Shown: positions 25,906-39,970, counted from the first letter of the stretch. The stretch is 64,000 nucleotides of DNA from Veleropilina oligotropha (GCA_048128005.1 JBEUKZ010000125.1:62001-126000); one strand, 5' to 3'. The notes: generated by a model from the sequence alone, not told the origin. Translations and numbers: made by a program.

Positions 25906-28427
25906 CAGCGATGGGCCAAGGTTCTGTAAAAGTTTCGCCACCACTTTCGCCACCTATTTTTTTTTGCCACTTTTGAATTTTAGAAGACACAGTTTTAATT
26001 GATCAATTAACTAATTGATCAATTAGCAAACAATTAATATATAGTAAAGCGAAAATGGTAAACATTTTACACATCATTTTTATTATATTACATCATCATA
26101 TTTTGTATATATATATATACTGTCATATTACTGATCAATATGTATACATTTCTGGTTAATATATATATAGTACAGTTATGTTGTATCCATACAATTTAAA
26201 AGTGAGTTTTCATGACAATTCTCATATTTTTCTTTGCAACGCAACCCACACTTTGAAGGTACGATTAAAATCAAAATTTGCAAATATAGGCCCTTTAATA
26301 GAAATTCTCATCAAATTGTCTTGGCTTTTGCCTCGTTTTAATCAAGTTTTGTCGCGTAAACCCGCGCTCGCATTCGAGAGTGGAAACTCGCAATGGAAGA
26401 AATCGATCTGCAATTTGTGCACATGTGCACCGCCATCTGGTTAAATTGCCATCACTTTTAATGATTTTATTGATCGTGGTGAGTTTGGTTTTGACAAGGC
26501 CTAATTCTAAATACAGTGATTTAAATCATTATTTATTCTGTAAGCGCAGACTTGTCTCTTTCTGGATGATTTAAATAATCGCGGGTATTTAAAATGGTGA
26601 ATATAAATGTGTTTTTTGGTGAAGTCCCCATATTGAAGTCACCGCCGAAGTATAATCTTATTTAATAGCTGTTAGGCAAAAAAAAAAAAATGTTATGTTT
26701 CTGGTATCATGGTCAACTGAGAAATGATGCGGGCGTGCGGTTTTTTTTTTTTTATCTGGGAAATTTTTTATTTCAGCATGGTATACTTCCAAAGAGCAAA
26801 AATAGAAACTGCGACAAAATGACGTCTTAGGAATTAATAACTAGTATTCTTTGGTAATGCGATGGATAAAGGTTGCTATATTATGCACATCTTGCAAATA
26901 TTGTGTCACAAAAGTTTAACACGACCTATAAATACTCGTGGGAATGCATGTCATCATGATCATGCATTATTATTTTTTATATTGCTTAATTTGTTGTTTT
27001 CTCTTTCTGTGTCCTTTCATTTTTATTTTCCCTCCAATAAATAATCCATTTCATAAGCTTTGACCTTTCTTATTGATGTCAGTGCCCAGGACTGTGTTTT
27101 GCTTGTGACTGTTTCTTCAGATCTGTTGATAAATTTTTGCGTTTGATCTCAGGAGCAAATTTGGCTGTTCCGTCTATTAACGTTACTGGAACAGCCGAGA
27201 GGGAGGGAAACCCAGACATTGCTAGATACCATTAGTAGGGACTGTTTTGTATGTGTGGATTGCCACGAATTTATAACATTTTCATTGAGTAAACACTGCA
27301 TAATATTTACAGCATGAAGGTATTATTAGGTAACTTTATCCATGTTATTTCAATACAATATCTATCTATATGCAATATATTCCTGTAGTGGTATATTTTG
27401 CGTTTTGTCAAAGAATGTTTTTGCCCAGACAGTTGGCGCGCGACCACGTTTCTTAGAAACGAAACCCTGATCACAGTATATGCACACGGACCATTTGATA
27501 ATGACTTGTCCTTGTTTACAAAAAATAAAAAAATATTGACGCGCAGGGTTGGAACTGACGCGCGCGGCAACCAGAAACATAATACATTTTTTGTTTGGCC
27601 TTATCCCTCCTCAAATAAACATGTAGTCATTTAACAAATATCAATATTATTGTTCATACATCACCCTATTCATTATGGAGTTTAAATTGAATTTATGCTG
27701 TCTTTTAATCCAAATTAATGCGCGAATAAGTCTGTCATCAATACTTGCCGACTACGCAATCACCGAACTTCCATTGTTTTGGTGCAAGTACAATATCAAA
27801 TTCATTGTAGGTGATAAGTAAAGTAAACTGTGCCATGCCCAGATTATCCAGCGTAATTTACAGACGCATCATTAATTACATGTTTCTTAAAATTCACTCA
27901 GAGTAGTGAGTGTCAGTTTATTTAAAGGCTTTGCCAATTTTATGCAAACATGATTGACAGTCTGTGTCACGTGGTCCGATAATGAATAGCCACGAACCGA
28001 ATATGTTTATACAGTAAATCACGGTCTGATGCTTTTACATTCATTCAAAGAAATACTAAATACTTCAGGCTTGAGTATATTTAAAGAAAAGAATGGACGT
28101 ATGTGTAAATACAACGTAAATATTGGCCAACAGAAAATGACTTTCCCTGCATTAAACTCGTATGCAATACCTAATTAGTTGTTTTGTAATACTACTTGTC
28201 CAGAATAAAATTAAACGTGGTATTAAATTAATTAATGGTAAATTTATGCTACATTACAATGAGATAAATTACGAACGGTTAAATTGTTTTAAATCGACAG
28301 TGCACAGCCATGTAATTGAGTCTCTGTTTGAAACTTGTCAACAAAAAAATCGCCAGATTTGAAATTTTGTCGCCACTCATAAAAAAAATGCTTAAATGGC
28401 GACTGGCGATCGCCAGGCCGATCCCTG
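25906..28427. mobile_element. hAT-like non-autonomous element with an apparent 6-bp TSD
   Basis: gatttt|cagcgatgggcc ... ggccgatccctg|gatttt; subterminal tcgcca/tggcga motifs at both ends. Confidence 0.6.
26675..27600. mobile_element. PIF/Harbinger-type MITE nested in 25906-28427
   Basis: tta|ggcaaaa...atgttatgtttctggt and accagaaacataatacattttttgtttggcc|tta; TTA 3-bp TSD. Confidence 0.75.
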
Positions 28428-28499
28428 GATTTTGTGTAGTACATCATTAGGAGTTGTCAATTTGAAACATTTAACATTTTTCGACTCTTTTTTTCTCAG

Positions 28500-28690
28500 C
28501 AATGGAATGTGGCAACAACATGGTGTACACGCATTCCACGGCGAATAATCCCGATACGTGCATTGGCACGATGCCCGGGCAGGCGGGATACGAAGGGTGC
28601 GTGTGCCAGACCGACTTTGTGCTGTTTAATACGGACTGCATAAGCCCTGATGATTGTGGATGCTTAGGACCCAACAATAACCTACATGGC
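28500..28690 (+). CDS. Exon 13: reduced-cysteine TIL domain
   Basis: ttttttctcag acceptor, GGC|gtgagt donor; PMECGNNMVYTHSTANNPDTCIGTMPGQAGYEGCVCQTDFVLFNTDCISPDDCGCLGPNNNLHG; phase 1 to 0. Confidence 0.92.
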
Positions 28691-29130
28691 GTGAGTGATA
28701 CTAAATACGTATATGTCTGTAGTTAAGATTTATAAGTTTGGAATGGTTCGAATCGATGCTTAATGTACTGTTTTTAACAGCCTTCAGCTTCATTCATACT
28801 TCCTTTAACCCCCCGTGCTCCGCACGGTGAAATACTTGTTTCATGTTGCTCGTTCAACTTTAATATTTATGTAACATTAGGTTAGCTAACATACGCTGGA
28901 ATTGAAGTCACCCTTGCAATCAGAGAACCCAGCTTGGATGCTCCCCCTGGTTCTGGATGAATAAGGCAAAAAATGTAAAATCTCAGTTAAAAGTTCTTGA
29001 TTTTTCCTTTCGACACATGTCAATTTGACACCAAGATGGCAAAGATCTGTCTCTCGTTGAAGAAGAAATCCTGGCTTAACACCAACTGCATCACTGGCTA
29101 GTTATGCACATCAGTGACTGTTAAATAAAC

Positions 29131-31196
29131 AACTCCTGTTAGACAGACTAGCAGTTCTCCGGTTAGACAGATTAGCAGTTCTTAGGTTAGACAGACTAGC
29201 AGTTCTCCAGTTAGACAGACTAGCAGTTCTCCAGTTAGACAGACTAGCAGTTCTCCGGTTAGACAGACTAGCAGTTCTCCGGTTAGACAGACTAGCAGTT
29301 CTCCGGTTAGACAGACTAGCAGTTCTCCGGTTAGACAGACTAGCAGTTCTCCGGTTAGACAGACTAGCAGTTCTCCGGTTAGACAGACTAGCAGTTCTCC
29401 GGTTAGACAGACTAGCAGTTCTCCGGTTAGACAGACTAGCAGTTCTCCGGTTAGACAGACCAGCAGTTCTCCGGTTAGACAGACTAGCAGTTCTCCGGTT
29501 AGACAGACTAGCAGTTCTCCTGTTAGACAGACTAGCGGTTCTCCGGTTAGACAGACTAGCAGTTCTCCTGTTAGACAGACTAGCAGTTCTCCGGTTAGAC
29601 AGACTAGCAGTTCTCCGGTTAGACAGACTAGCAGTTCTCCGGTTAGACAGACTAGCAGTTCTCCTGTTAGACAGACTAGCAGTTCTCCTGTTAGACAGAC
29701 TAGCGGTTCTCCGGTTAGACAGACTAGCAGTTCTCCTGTTAGACAGACTAGCGGTTCTCCGGTTAGACAGACTAGTGGTTCTCCGGTTAGACAGACTAGC
29801 AGTTCTCCGGTTAGACAGACTAGCGGTTCTCCGGTTAGACAGACTAGCAGTTCTCCTGTTAGACAGACTAGCGGTTCTCATGTTAGACAGACTAGCAGTT
29901 CTCCTGTTAGACAGAATAGCGGTTCTCCGGTTAGACAGACTAGCAGTTCTCCTGTTAGACAGACTAGCGGTTCTCCGGTTAGACAGACTAGCGGTTCTCC
30001 GGTTAGACAGACTAGCAGTTCTCCGGTTAGACAGACTAGCGGTTCTCCGGTTAGACAGACTAGCAGTTCTCCTGTTAGACAGACTAGCGGTTCTCCTGTT
30101 AGACAGACTAGCAGTTCTCCTGTTAGACAGACTAGCAGTTCTCCTGTTAGACAGACTAGCAGTTCTCCTGTTAGACAGACTAGCGGTTCTCCTGTTAGAC
30201 AGACTAGCAGTTCTCCTGTTAGACAGACTAGCAGTTCTCCTGTTAGACAGACTAGCGGTTCTCCTGTTATACAGACTAGCAGTTCTCCTGTTAGACAGAC
30301 TAGCGGTTCTCCTGTTAGACAGACTAGCAGTTCTCCGGTTAGACAGACTAGCGGTTCTCCAGTTAGACAGACTAGCAGTTCTCCTGTTAGACAGACTAGC
30401 AGTTCTCCTGTTAGACAGACTAGCAGTTCTCCGGTTAGACAGACTAGCGGTTCTCCGGTTAGACAGACTAGCGGTTCTCCGGTTAGACAAACTAGCAGTT
30501 CTCCTGTTAGACAGACTAGCAGTTCTCCTGTTAGACAGACTAGCAGTTCTCTGGTTAGACAGACTAGCAGTTCTCCGGTTAGACAGACTAGCGGTTCTCC
30601 GGTTAGACAGACTAGCAGTTCTCCGGTTAGACAGACTAGCAGTTCTCCGGTTAGACAGACTAGCGGTTCTCCGGTTAGACAGACTAGCAGTTCTCCTGTT
30701 AGACAGACTAGCAGTTCTCCTGTTAGACAGAATAGCAGTTCTCCGGTTAGACAGACTAGCGGTTCTCCGGTTAGACAGACTAGCGGTTCTCCGGTTAGAC
30801 AGACTAGCAGTTCTCCTGTTAGACAGACTAGCAGTTCTCCGGTTAGACAGACTAGCAGTTCTCCGGTTAGACAGACTAGCGGTTCTCCGGTTAGACAGAC
30901 TAGCAGTTCTCCTGTTAGACAGACTAGCAGTTCTCCGGTTAGACAGACTAGCGGTTCTCCGGTTAGACAGACTAGCGGTTCTCCGGTTAGACAGACTAGC
31001 AGTTCTCCTGTTAGACAGACTAGCAGTTCTCCTGTTAGACAGACTAGCAGTTCTCCGGTTAGACAGACTAGCGGTTCTCCGGTTAGACAGACTAGCAGTT
31101 CTCCTGTTAGACAGACTAGCAGTTCTCCGGTTAGACAGACTAGCAGTTCTCCGGTTAGACAGACTAGCAGTTCTCCGGTTAGACAGACTAGCGGTT
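29131..31196. repeat. 24-bp minisatellite, about 86 copies
   Basis: Unit gttagacagactagc(a/g)gttctcc(g/t); produces the spurious SLSNRRTA and LAVLRLDR ORFs. Confidence 0.98.
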
Positions 31197-31771
31197 TTGG
31201 AAATTTTCGTTAAAGTTTCTCAATCACGCAACAATATTTTGGCATCTACCTTTGTCAGATATCACTATTTCATTGTCATCTAACCCTAGCGTAGAAATAT
31301 TGAAATATTTCAAATTGACAATGCCATCTACTTTTGAATGTAGACACAATACTCATGAAATATTAGTGATTGATGCGCAGTCACATGCATGTGAGCCATT
31401 TCTAGCTTTAGCTCTTGTTATAGAATGTCCAATAATATGCGAGAATTTGAGCATTCTTGTCAACACAAAGTTCAATAAAAATGATACTTACGGTAGTTGT
31501 ATTCTAGTCCACTTGTTGTACGTGATGGAAGAGGGATTTATATCAGTGCTAAGCGTGGAAATTAAAATTTGTAGTGCCGTAAGCCAGTACATATGAACTA
31601 TTGAAGTTTTGTATATCGCGCATGTTCCCTCTCATTTAGAATTCTTTTTTCCATATGACGAATCATGACACATCGCCCATTTGACGAGGCTAACTGGAAT
31701 GGAGCAATAGGTCTTCCATATTAGGATGCAAGCTGTTCCAGATTTATATGAATTATTAACTTTTGTTGTAG

Positions 31772-31937
31772 ATTGGCCAATTTTACCTGACCGAAAATTG
31801 CCAGAAAAAGGTTGAATGCCAGACATTAGGGAATTGGGCCACGAGTACCTACATATGTCCGTTAACGTCTACTTGCACGACAGATAACACGTGTGTTTGT
31901 CCAGACGGTTTCGAAATGAACAACGGCAATTGCGTTG
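31772..31937 (+). CDS. Exon 14: TILa-like linker plus EGF-like domain
   Basis: ttttgttgtag acceptor, G|gtatg donor; IGQFYLTENCQKKVECQTLGNWATSTYICPLTSTCTTDNTCVCPDGFEMNNGNCV; paralogous to exon 3; phase 0 to 1. Confidence 0.9.
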
Positions 31938-32525
31938 GTATGTCGCATATATAGCACTGAATGAGTAGAACCAAGTGATTGTACATACATAATATCGGAG
32001 CTTTAACAATGCTTTGGGTGTCTGTATATACCAAATTAATTGAATCAAGCACCACATAGAGTTCCAGATTGAGAAATATCAGTCAAGGGTGGGATGGTTC
32101 AACAAGTCATCCCACCCGTATATATATATTACTATTATTATGACACTGTAGCATTAAAATAATTGACTGAGGCGAAACCTACACGAGTTTTGGGCATATT
32201 CTCTCAATGCGTATCAGCATTGCTGAAACTTCCAGATATGTTCGATGAATGCAGTCTTTCACTCTAAAATTATGCTTATGGCTGAAGCGATTATCTGATA
32301 ATTAGAATACTCGATGTTGCATTTTAAATTGTGACTCATCAAATGAGTAGGTGATTAATACACACAATACCCCATTTGTGGTTTTCTTTTGATTGTAAAT
32401 TACGTAAAGAAGTGGATTCAGCATCGTTAACTCTTCCTGCGCCAAGTGCTATATGTTACCTTTTTACTGGAATGCAATGATGTCAGTTTTACAATAATTC
32501 AATCGGCATAACTCTTTTTTGACAG

Positions 32526-32651
32526 ACATTGACGAGTGTATCGACAACAAGGCGGGCTGTGATGAACATGCTACCTGCACCAACACTCATGGCGGTTTTA
32601 CGTGCGAATGCCCGGCTGGCTTCGATGGAGATGGCACATTTTGCACTCCAG
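32526..32651 (+). CDS. Exon 15: calcium-binding EGF domain
   Basis: ctttttttgacag acceptor, G|gtaag donor; [42 protein letters not shown]; 126 nt, phase 1-1. Confidence 0.94.
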
Positions 32652-33158
32652 GTAAGCAACTAGTGAAAGCTCCCCTCCCTCTGATTTCTATCCCTGCTAA
32701 CCATTTTTTGCAGACCGTCTGTGCATCCGGTCCTCCGTGCAAATTATCTTTTCTGGAGCGTATCTCATAAATGGCTTGCCATATCTTTGCTATAATGTTG
32801 ATCGTATTGCAGTCAGGACATGGCTGATTCGTCTGCTAAAAATACGATTTTGTTAGCTATCACTACCGAATGCAACTCATGGACTTCCAGAGAACAGCAC
32901 AATGTCATGTATTTCTGTCACACAAAATGTGAAACGCTTGTTTTTTGCCCCAATAATTATAAGGTACAGACTTTGAAAGGTATTTTGTTAATCCTAGTTT
33001 CCTGGCATAGATAATGACCAGTAAGCTTTTGATCACAAAGTATTATAATTGTGTTTCGATTATATTTCAATTATATTATAAATACAAAGTATACACAGCA
33101 TGCACATTTTTCACGTCTTTAGCATTACCAGTGACAGGAGTGGGTTCGAATCCTCGGC

Positions 33159-33410
33159 GCTCGCTTCGACAGTACAGTGGTATCGGTTGTGGACTCCGAA
33201 AATCACTGACTTGAGTCCGCTGATGCGAACAATAGTGGGTTCAAACCTCGGCAGGGACAGCACACATTTGTTCAAATTATGAATCACAGTTGTCCGTAAC
33301 TGGTCGAAGAGGGCGGGTTTACCCGGGCTTTCCTCCCGCGATAATACAGACATGTCGTGCTTTGAACCAAATGATGGTTGGAAATATACGGGACATCGAT
33401 CCGTTCCTTT
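33159..33410 (+). mobile_element. tRNA-derived SINE-like repeat; inverted copy at about 35775-35975, fragments near 9620, 33445 and 61810
   Basis: B-box-like gggttcaaacctcgg, then cacagttgtccgtaactggtcgaagagggcgggtttacccggg...ttcctcccgcgataa, whose reverse complement is at 35795-35880. Confidence 0.65.
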
Positions 33411-34470
33411 TGCATCCTCGGCTGGGTTCTTTGTTTAATTAACAAGCACAGTTGTCCATAACTGGCAGGTGAGGGCAGATTTTCCTGGGCCACAAGGCTT
33501 TCCTTTCTCATTAATATGAACTTGTCCTGAAGGGTGTTAAATAGAGGATCTCATATGAGTGGTAATGTAATACATGTATCACATTTATGAAACGAGTTGA
33601 ACTAATTTTCATATTTTCCGAGGCTTGCCGTTTCATAAATGTGATATTACATTATCACGAGTGTGAGGTTTTATTTATCACATATCGATCTTTGGTAGGA
33701 AACAAACTACAAACTCACGAAATTGCCTTACCGTTACGAAAGAATCAGTAGTGGAGTGAAGGCGACATTACGGTGTAGTGATATGTAAACAGTTTAATGC
33801 AAAAGGCCATCGTGTTGACTCATTACATAAATTAGTAACAATGCCCTCTGAAAAGAGTGCGAGAGTAGTTGATTAATTGACATTAATAACTAACAAATAT
33901 TCTTTGAAAATGAACAAATATAACTTTATATAACGTATATGAACATATTAGAATAACAATTTTCATTAAGATTTAAAACTATCTGCCAAAAACAATAACG
34001 CAGGATATAATTATATGACTGTGTCGCCGACCGGTTTGAATCTGTCATTTTAAATCTGCTATCGTGGCCTACGTACCTGCATAAATGTGATTGTTGTGTC
34101 TGCAATCTCGTTGCCCCGAAATCAGTTCCAATAATCTCTACTATGTTGTTGTTTTGTGGCCGTTGATATAAATGTTTCCACTATCGCCGCCATAATTTCA
34201 ACATTAAAAATATTGGCGGCAATCACGTTATGACACTATAGCAAATATATAATACGTAGTAAAAAAAGTAGATCACTCGACCTTTATTGACATGCATTTC
34301 CATAGGCTGTTCGAATTTCATTCATTAAATCATCCAATCGGATTTCAATATGGCTGTTGACACACGTGTATTACGACAAATAATACACGGTGTTGCAGTA
34401 TGGGAAAATGACCTAGATATGTGTTATAATGGGATATTAAGGATCGATCCAAACCAGACCATGTTGCAAC

Positions 34471-35260
34471 ATTTTTAACCCCAGCCAAAAAAAGGCTGGG
34501 ATTATTGTCATCGCCCGAGGTGGGCGGGCCGGTGGACGATTTGTCCGGATCATAGCTCAGCTTGTATGTATGTCAGGTTGATGAAACTTTGTATGCTTAC
34601 TTACTATGACATACCATGGCGCATGGCGATATAATTTTCCATGTGCAACCTTTGACACAAAATCCAGGATGTAAGTTTTGTCCGAAAAGTATCTCGGATA
34701 CTATATATGCCACCTTGATTTAGTTTTGTATATTAACTTACCTTGACCCACCCTTGCGAGTAGCGACATAATTTTCCATGTGTGACCTTTGATCTTGCCT
34801 TTGTGACCTTATCCAAATATAGGATAAAGCTTTAGTCAGGATCATATCTCGGCTTGTATGCCAACTTAACGAAACTTGGTATAATTTTCCGTGTGCAACC
34901 TTTGATCTTGCCCTTGTGACCTTACCCAAAATATATATAGGATGAAGCTTTTGTCCGGATCATATCTCGGCTTGTATATATGTCAGCTTGATGAATGTTG
35001 GTAGGCTAATTCACCTTGACATACCTTAGCGCATGGCGATATATAATTTTCCGTGTGCGACCTTTGACCTTGCCATTGTGACCTTTGACACAAAATCCTG
35101 GATTAATGTTTTATCCGGACAATATCTTGGCTATTATACATGCCAGCTTATGAAATTTGGTATACTAACCCTCCTTGAGCTACCCTAGCGTGATGCGACA
35201 TAATTTTCCGTGTACAATCTTTGATTTTGACAAAATTTTCCATATTTAGACATTTTTAAT
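34471..35260 (+). mobile_element. HINE-like element with degenerate tgacctttga-rich repeats
   Basis: tttttaaccccagcc...ggctggg 5' stem; repeated tgtccggatcatatctcggct and ataattttccgtgtg units. Confidence 0.65.
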
Positions 35261-35429
35261 TATTTTTTCATCCAAACTTGTACATGATGGACAGCTAGCA
35301 CAGTATTTAACCACTGTTTGCATAGCTCAACACAATAATTTTTAAAAATATTTATGACATATATATACATTTGGCTTAAGAATATTGGTGCAAACTCAGC
35401 TGCTAGCGCGATAGAGATGAACAAGTAAA

Positions 35430-35712
35430 CTATCCTGCAAAGCCAAGTTGCGCGGACTGGACTCCCTGTACACTCATGTGCACGGACTGATGCCCTGTAC
35501 ACTGACGTGCGCGGACCAGTGTCCTGAACAAATGGCTATATAGGATTGAATACTGAATTAACCCTGCAAATCCAAGTTGTGCAGACTGGACATCCTGTAC
35601 ACTCATATGTGCGTGGGCTGATGCCCTGTACACTGATGTGCGCGGACCAGTGTCCTGTACAAATGGTTGCCTAGGATAGAATACAGAGTTAACCCTGCAA
35701 AGTTCAATGCGC
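35430..35712. repeat. Tandem duplication of a ~130 bp unit (two copies plus a partial)
   Basis: cctgcaaa.ccaagttg.gc.gactggac...cctgtacact repeated at about 35434, 35563 and 35694. Confidence 0.8.
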
Positions 35713-36808
35713 AGACATATTATAATAAGGGAGGAATGATGCTTAATGTCCTGTATATTCACAACATCGAGGTTCAAGGCAGGACATGTCCGTGTTATCG
35801 CGGGAGGAAACCCCGGTCGCCCGGGTAAACCCGCCCTCTTCGGCCAGTCACGGACAACTGTGATTCATAACTTGAACAAATTTCAATGCCTCAGCCAGGT
35901 ATTGAACCCACTACTGTTCGCATTAGCGGAATCTAGCCAGTGAATTTAGAGTGGACACTCTACCCACTGCGCCGCCGAAGCGGCCCACAGATTCTAATAA
36001 ACAGTGAAACCTGCCAAGTCCAATGCACGGACCTTGGTTATATATCCTCAGATACGAATTAGTTTTTGGGGATGAATTGCCATCCTGTACTCCAGGATAC
36101 AAACAATACCAACATAATATGCATTCCAAATATAATGTTTAGTGATATATATTAAAACACTAACAGCCAAGTTTCCCATAGAAAAGACAAAATTGGTAGT
36201 TGTAAAGTGTAAACACGGGGTGGTGGTGGGTGCATTCAATTCACCGCTAAGAACACAACTGATGATGCTGGAACTGCTGACCTACAGTATGTGAACCCCG
36301 TAGTGTTACACTGTAGTATATAGACCAATCAGAAACATCCACACATGCCAACCTCATTAATATGTATATAATTTGTGATGTCATAAATAACATATGCTTG
36401 AAACTATAAACAAACAGATTCATACCATAGAATAAACAGAAGGGTGTCAGTCATGCACACAATGCTAAATATTTTAACTACCATTACTGACAAGGTCAAG
36501 ATTACAGATTTTACATGACAGTCTGATTGATATATAAGGGCTGGGGTTCCCGACTGCTCTGCGGCTGTCTATTTTATACATTGTGTGTGTATGTTATTTA
36601 TTTTATTATATTTTGTAGTATAATATTTAGGACTTTATTGAACATTAGTTATTTTGTAGCAAAATATGTTAACATCTTAGAAGAAAGTATTATAATATTA
36701 TTAGCATTCATATTTATCCTGTAAAGCATTCATAGTTTTATGCTGAGAGTGCTTATATCCTATACTTGGTGAGAACAATGCATTTGTAAAATGTTTCATT
36801 ATTTTCAG

Positions 36809-36940
36809 TGGTGACGTGGACTGACCCATGTGAGAAGTGCCTTCCGGACACCTGCCTGCCATCCGCCGCGGGCTGTGAATGCCCAGTGGGTATGGTGGGC
36901 GATGCCCAGATTGCACCCGGAAGCACCGGCTGTTCTCCCA
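36809..36940 (+). CDS. Exon 16: compact atypical EGF-like domain
   Basis: attattttcag acceptor, A|gtaag donor; VVTWTDPCEKCLPDTCLPSAAGCECPVGMVGDAQIAPGSTGCSP; 132 nt, phase 1-1. Confidence 0.87.
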
Positions 36941-39699
36941 GTAAGAATTGCACTCGGAAACGACCACTTTATCCATATTGATCAATTGTTTGTAAAATTA
37001 TTTCATTGTTCTAAATCGAAGATGCCATTGATGAGCCAAGTGGTTATGATGTTGGACCAGGAATCCAGAGATCAAAGGTCATGTGAATGTGGTCTCCATG
37101 GAACATCTCCTAAAAATTCATTTCAAATTTAGTGGACATAGTAAGGACATTGTTGGCATGCTCGGTAATTAAACATCATTTCTTGCAATCATTTTGAGAT
37201 AAGTTGGAACGAATACAAAATTTTAGGCAAAATTTTATATTATGCATACCAATAAATTTCCTGCAGACAATTAAGTCCCTATTTTATATTTTTCCTTGAC
37301 TGTTAAATATTGAACAAAAAAGATGATCTGTCGGAAATACTAGCTAGATAGATTATCACTGATCCTACTTGTAGCTAAATTGAAATATTGCGAAATCAAT
37401 TGCAAGGAAGACTTAACAAGAGTGTCTTAAAATTAAGATTTAGGGGCAACAATATAACTGTAGTTATCGTAATAGGCAGACTGAGGTTGCGTAATGCAAG
37501 CTAGCCCCAAGGGGACTGAGAAATTCTATTTAATCAGCAAGGTTGTCCATAAGCAGTTGATGCAAACTGGTATTCTTTACTATAAGTTGTCGGACGACGT
37601 CGTGGTGAATAAGGTGGATTGAATACCAAATAAAGTTAAACCACGAGGCGCTAGCGCCAAGTGGTTTAACGTTATGAGGTATTCAATCCAACGTATTTAC
37701 GAAGACGTTGTTCGACAACGTATTTATCTTGATTTTATCGTCATTTTACCTTTATTTCTTACCGTGATGCTTGAATAACAGAGTCCCGATTTCGTTCAAA
37801 ACACTTGTTAGCAGCCATTTGCAAATCTATCTACGTTTTCAGTAAGGCCGAGTTATTTCCCTTGACGGCCAGTTAGCCAATCAGAACAGAGAATTATGAC
37901 GTCACCCTTGGTTAAGAATCCATAGACAACGGCTGAGCAGTGTTTACGGTCAGTTAACAAAATGATGTCAGCCAATCAGAACAGAGGATTTGCAGAGAAA
38001 TCAAGATAATACTGTATAAAGGAGGCTATTGCTACAAGTCTAAATACTTATCTGATCATAATTGGCATATAACAATGAGCTTATGTAATAGATAATACAC
38101 TGACACCTGCGAAGATATTTGACATAAATACCGTAAGCGAAGGGAATTATGATGAGATCATGCAGGGGTGTTCGGGTATTATCTGTCCTACATACCAAGA
38201 CAATCTATTGTAAATTGCAACCTGTAACCCCTTAAAATCATAATGAGTAGCATATATATCACCCCATGGGTACTTTATGTGAAGTTGACTCTTTTATCTT
38301 CACCTTGCTAAAACTAATTTCTTTGTCAGTGAGTTTGGCACCTTGTTAATTTCACCTCGCTTCGGTTAATTCCTCCTCACTCTGGTTAATTCCATTGTCT
38401 GCAGAACAATGGAGGAACTGTCCCTAGAGTTCATTGTCTGTATATCGCGCCCATGGTATGAATATTACGGTACCATCGTTTGGCCCATGGCGAAATCAGT
38501 TAATCCCAGTATATATCTGCTCTTTCCACAAGTTTAAATTTTATGGTATATCTGTAGTTTATGATTGTTTTAACCTGTGGATAAGCTATCTCCAGTTTAA
38601 GTTTTTACTGCACAATGATGGATAGAAAGTTGCTTAGCAGCTGAAGATCAGAATCTTGATGGAAGTGCATAGCATGTGATCAAGAATTAACAATGACTTC
38701 CATGGTAATGGGCTATAATCACTATTTAGTAAACAGTCATAGCTGTTTCAAGCTCTTTTAATGCATTGGAAATCAAAATGACCGAAAATAAATTAACGAT
38801 GTCAAGGAATTAGTAAATATCACATCATGTCTAAAATCAAGATTGTGTTACTAACTAATGGATACTAAGGACGTTGTTTGGAAGAAGAAAAACTACGCTA
38901 CTGATTGAAATTGATATCAATTACAATGTTTAAATTAGCACTGACACTCATTATTTTGTCAGAACGTTTATATTTTACAATTCTTTCGCTTTTAATATAC
39001 AGAGGTTCAATGTAATTGTCTTGCTCTAACATACCTACGTAGTGCACATGACTGTGTGACATGTAGAGCACCAATTTGACAGATTTGGACAACGAGAGAA
39101 AGCAAACCAGTTTGAACTGGTCTTCTACAAGAATGCCACGAATATTTAGTTTTGAGTCCCAGTGATTATCCTGATGTGCGAATATGCCAGTGTACTATTG
39201 ACTACTCGACCGATTCTGCAGTATTGATTGAAGTATAAGGAATATGTGTAACGTTATTGTAAAGCAGTTCACCTGTGGAAATTCCAGTGCATTTGCAAAG
39301 TTAGTCTACGTTAAAATTTGTTTTGTCATTGTGAATGAGCTGAAATCAGTAACAAGTTCTTTGCTTTTCCGTGTGACTTGAGAATGAACTCGGTTATAAA
39401 AATGCCAAGAGACTGGTGTAACTGAGACTTTACTGAGTCTGGGCCACTGATCCAGGGACCCGAGTTTTTTCCAGATACTTTTCTCATGCATGTCATCTTA
39501 TAGCTCACAGCATCCGTCATTTGTAAACGAACAACTTTCTTCAATACCCTCCTTTCCCAGCTTGAGCTCATGATTCTTTGCTTCGTAGACAAGTGCTGTG
39601 TATGCACTCAGCCGTGTCCACCCCATATGTGTTATGTAAGTATGTTTACACGTGCAGTATTTGAATATGTCCATTAAAGCATGAATTTTTTATTTTCAG

Positions 39700-39858
39700 T
39701 GGATTGTCCAGCAGTAGGGAAGTTCGCTAACGATTCAGATTGCTCTCGATACGACGAATGCGTAACAGTTGGCGAGCCGTCTTTCAGCAAACAATGCGGG
39801 CCTCTGGAGCTGTTTCAACGTAATTTGGGTGCATGCCAAGATCATGCCAACGTCTCTT
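39700..39858 (+). CDS. Exon 17: chitin-binding type 2 (peritrophin-A/CBM14) domain
   Basis: ttttttattttcag acceptor, T|gtaagt donor; MDCPAVGKFANDSDCSRYDECVTVGEPSFSKQCGPLELFQRNLGACQDHANVS(C), the 6-Cys ChtBD2 spacing; 159 nt, phase 1-1. Confidence 0.88.
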
Positions 39859-39877
39859 GTAAGTATGCACCACAAGC

Positions 39878-39970
39878 CCACAACTGGCTCAGAACCAGGC
39901 AGTGATTGTCCACAACTGGCTCAGAACCAGGCAGTGATTGTCCACAACTGGCTCAGAACCAGGCAGTGAT
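39878..39970. repeat. 32-bp tandem repeat, 3 copies
   Basis: ccacaactggctcagaaccaggcagtgattgt, starting 20 nt after the exon 17 donor. Confidence 0.95.

Noticed and set aside
29111..31283. 459 and 502 aa ORFs, one mucin-like (Ser/Thr-rich) and one superficially leucine-rich
   Set aside because: A 24-bp minisatellite; exons 13 and 14 join in phase without it, and the Ser/Thr frame is on the opposite strand
38640..39600. Minus-strand LINE RT remnant (KY-GILVEDQ-like motif near 39130)
   Set aside because: Needs frameshifts to read and is too degenerate to support without an alignment
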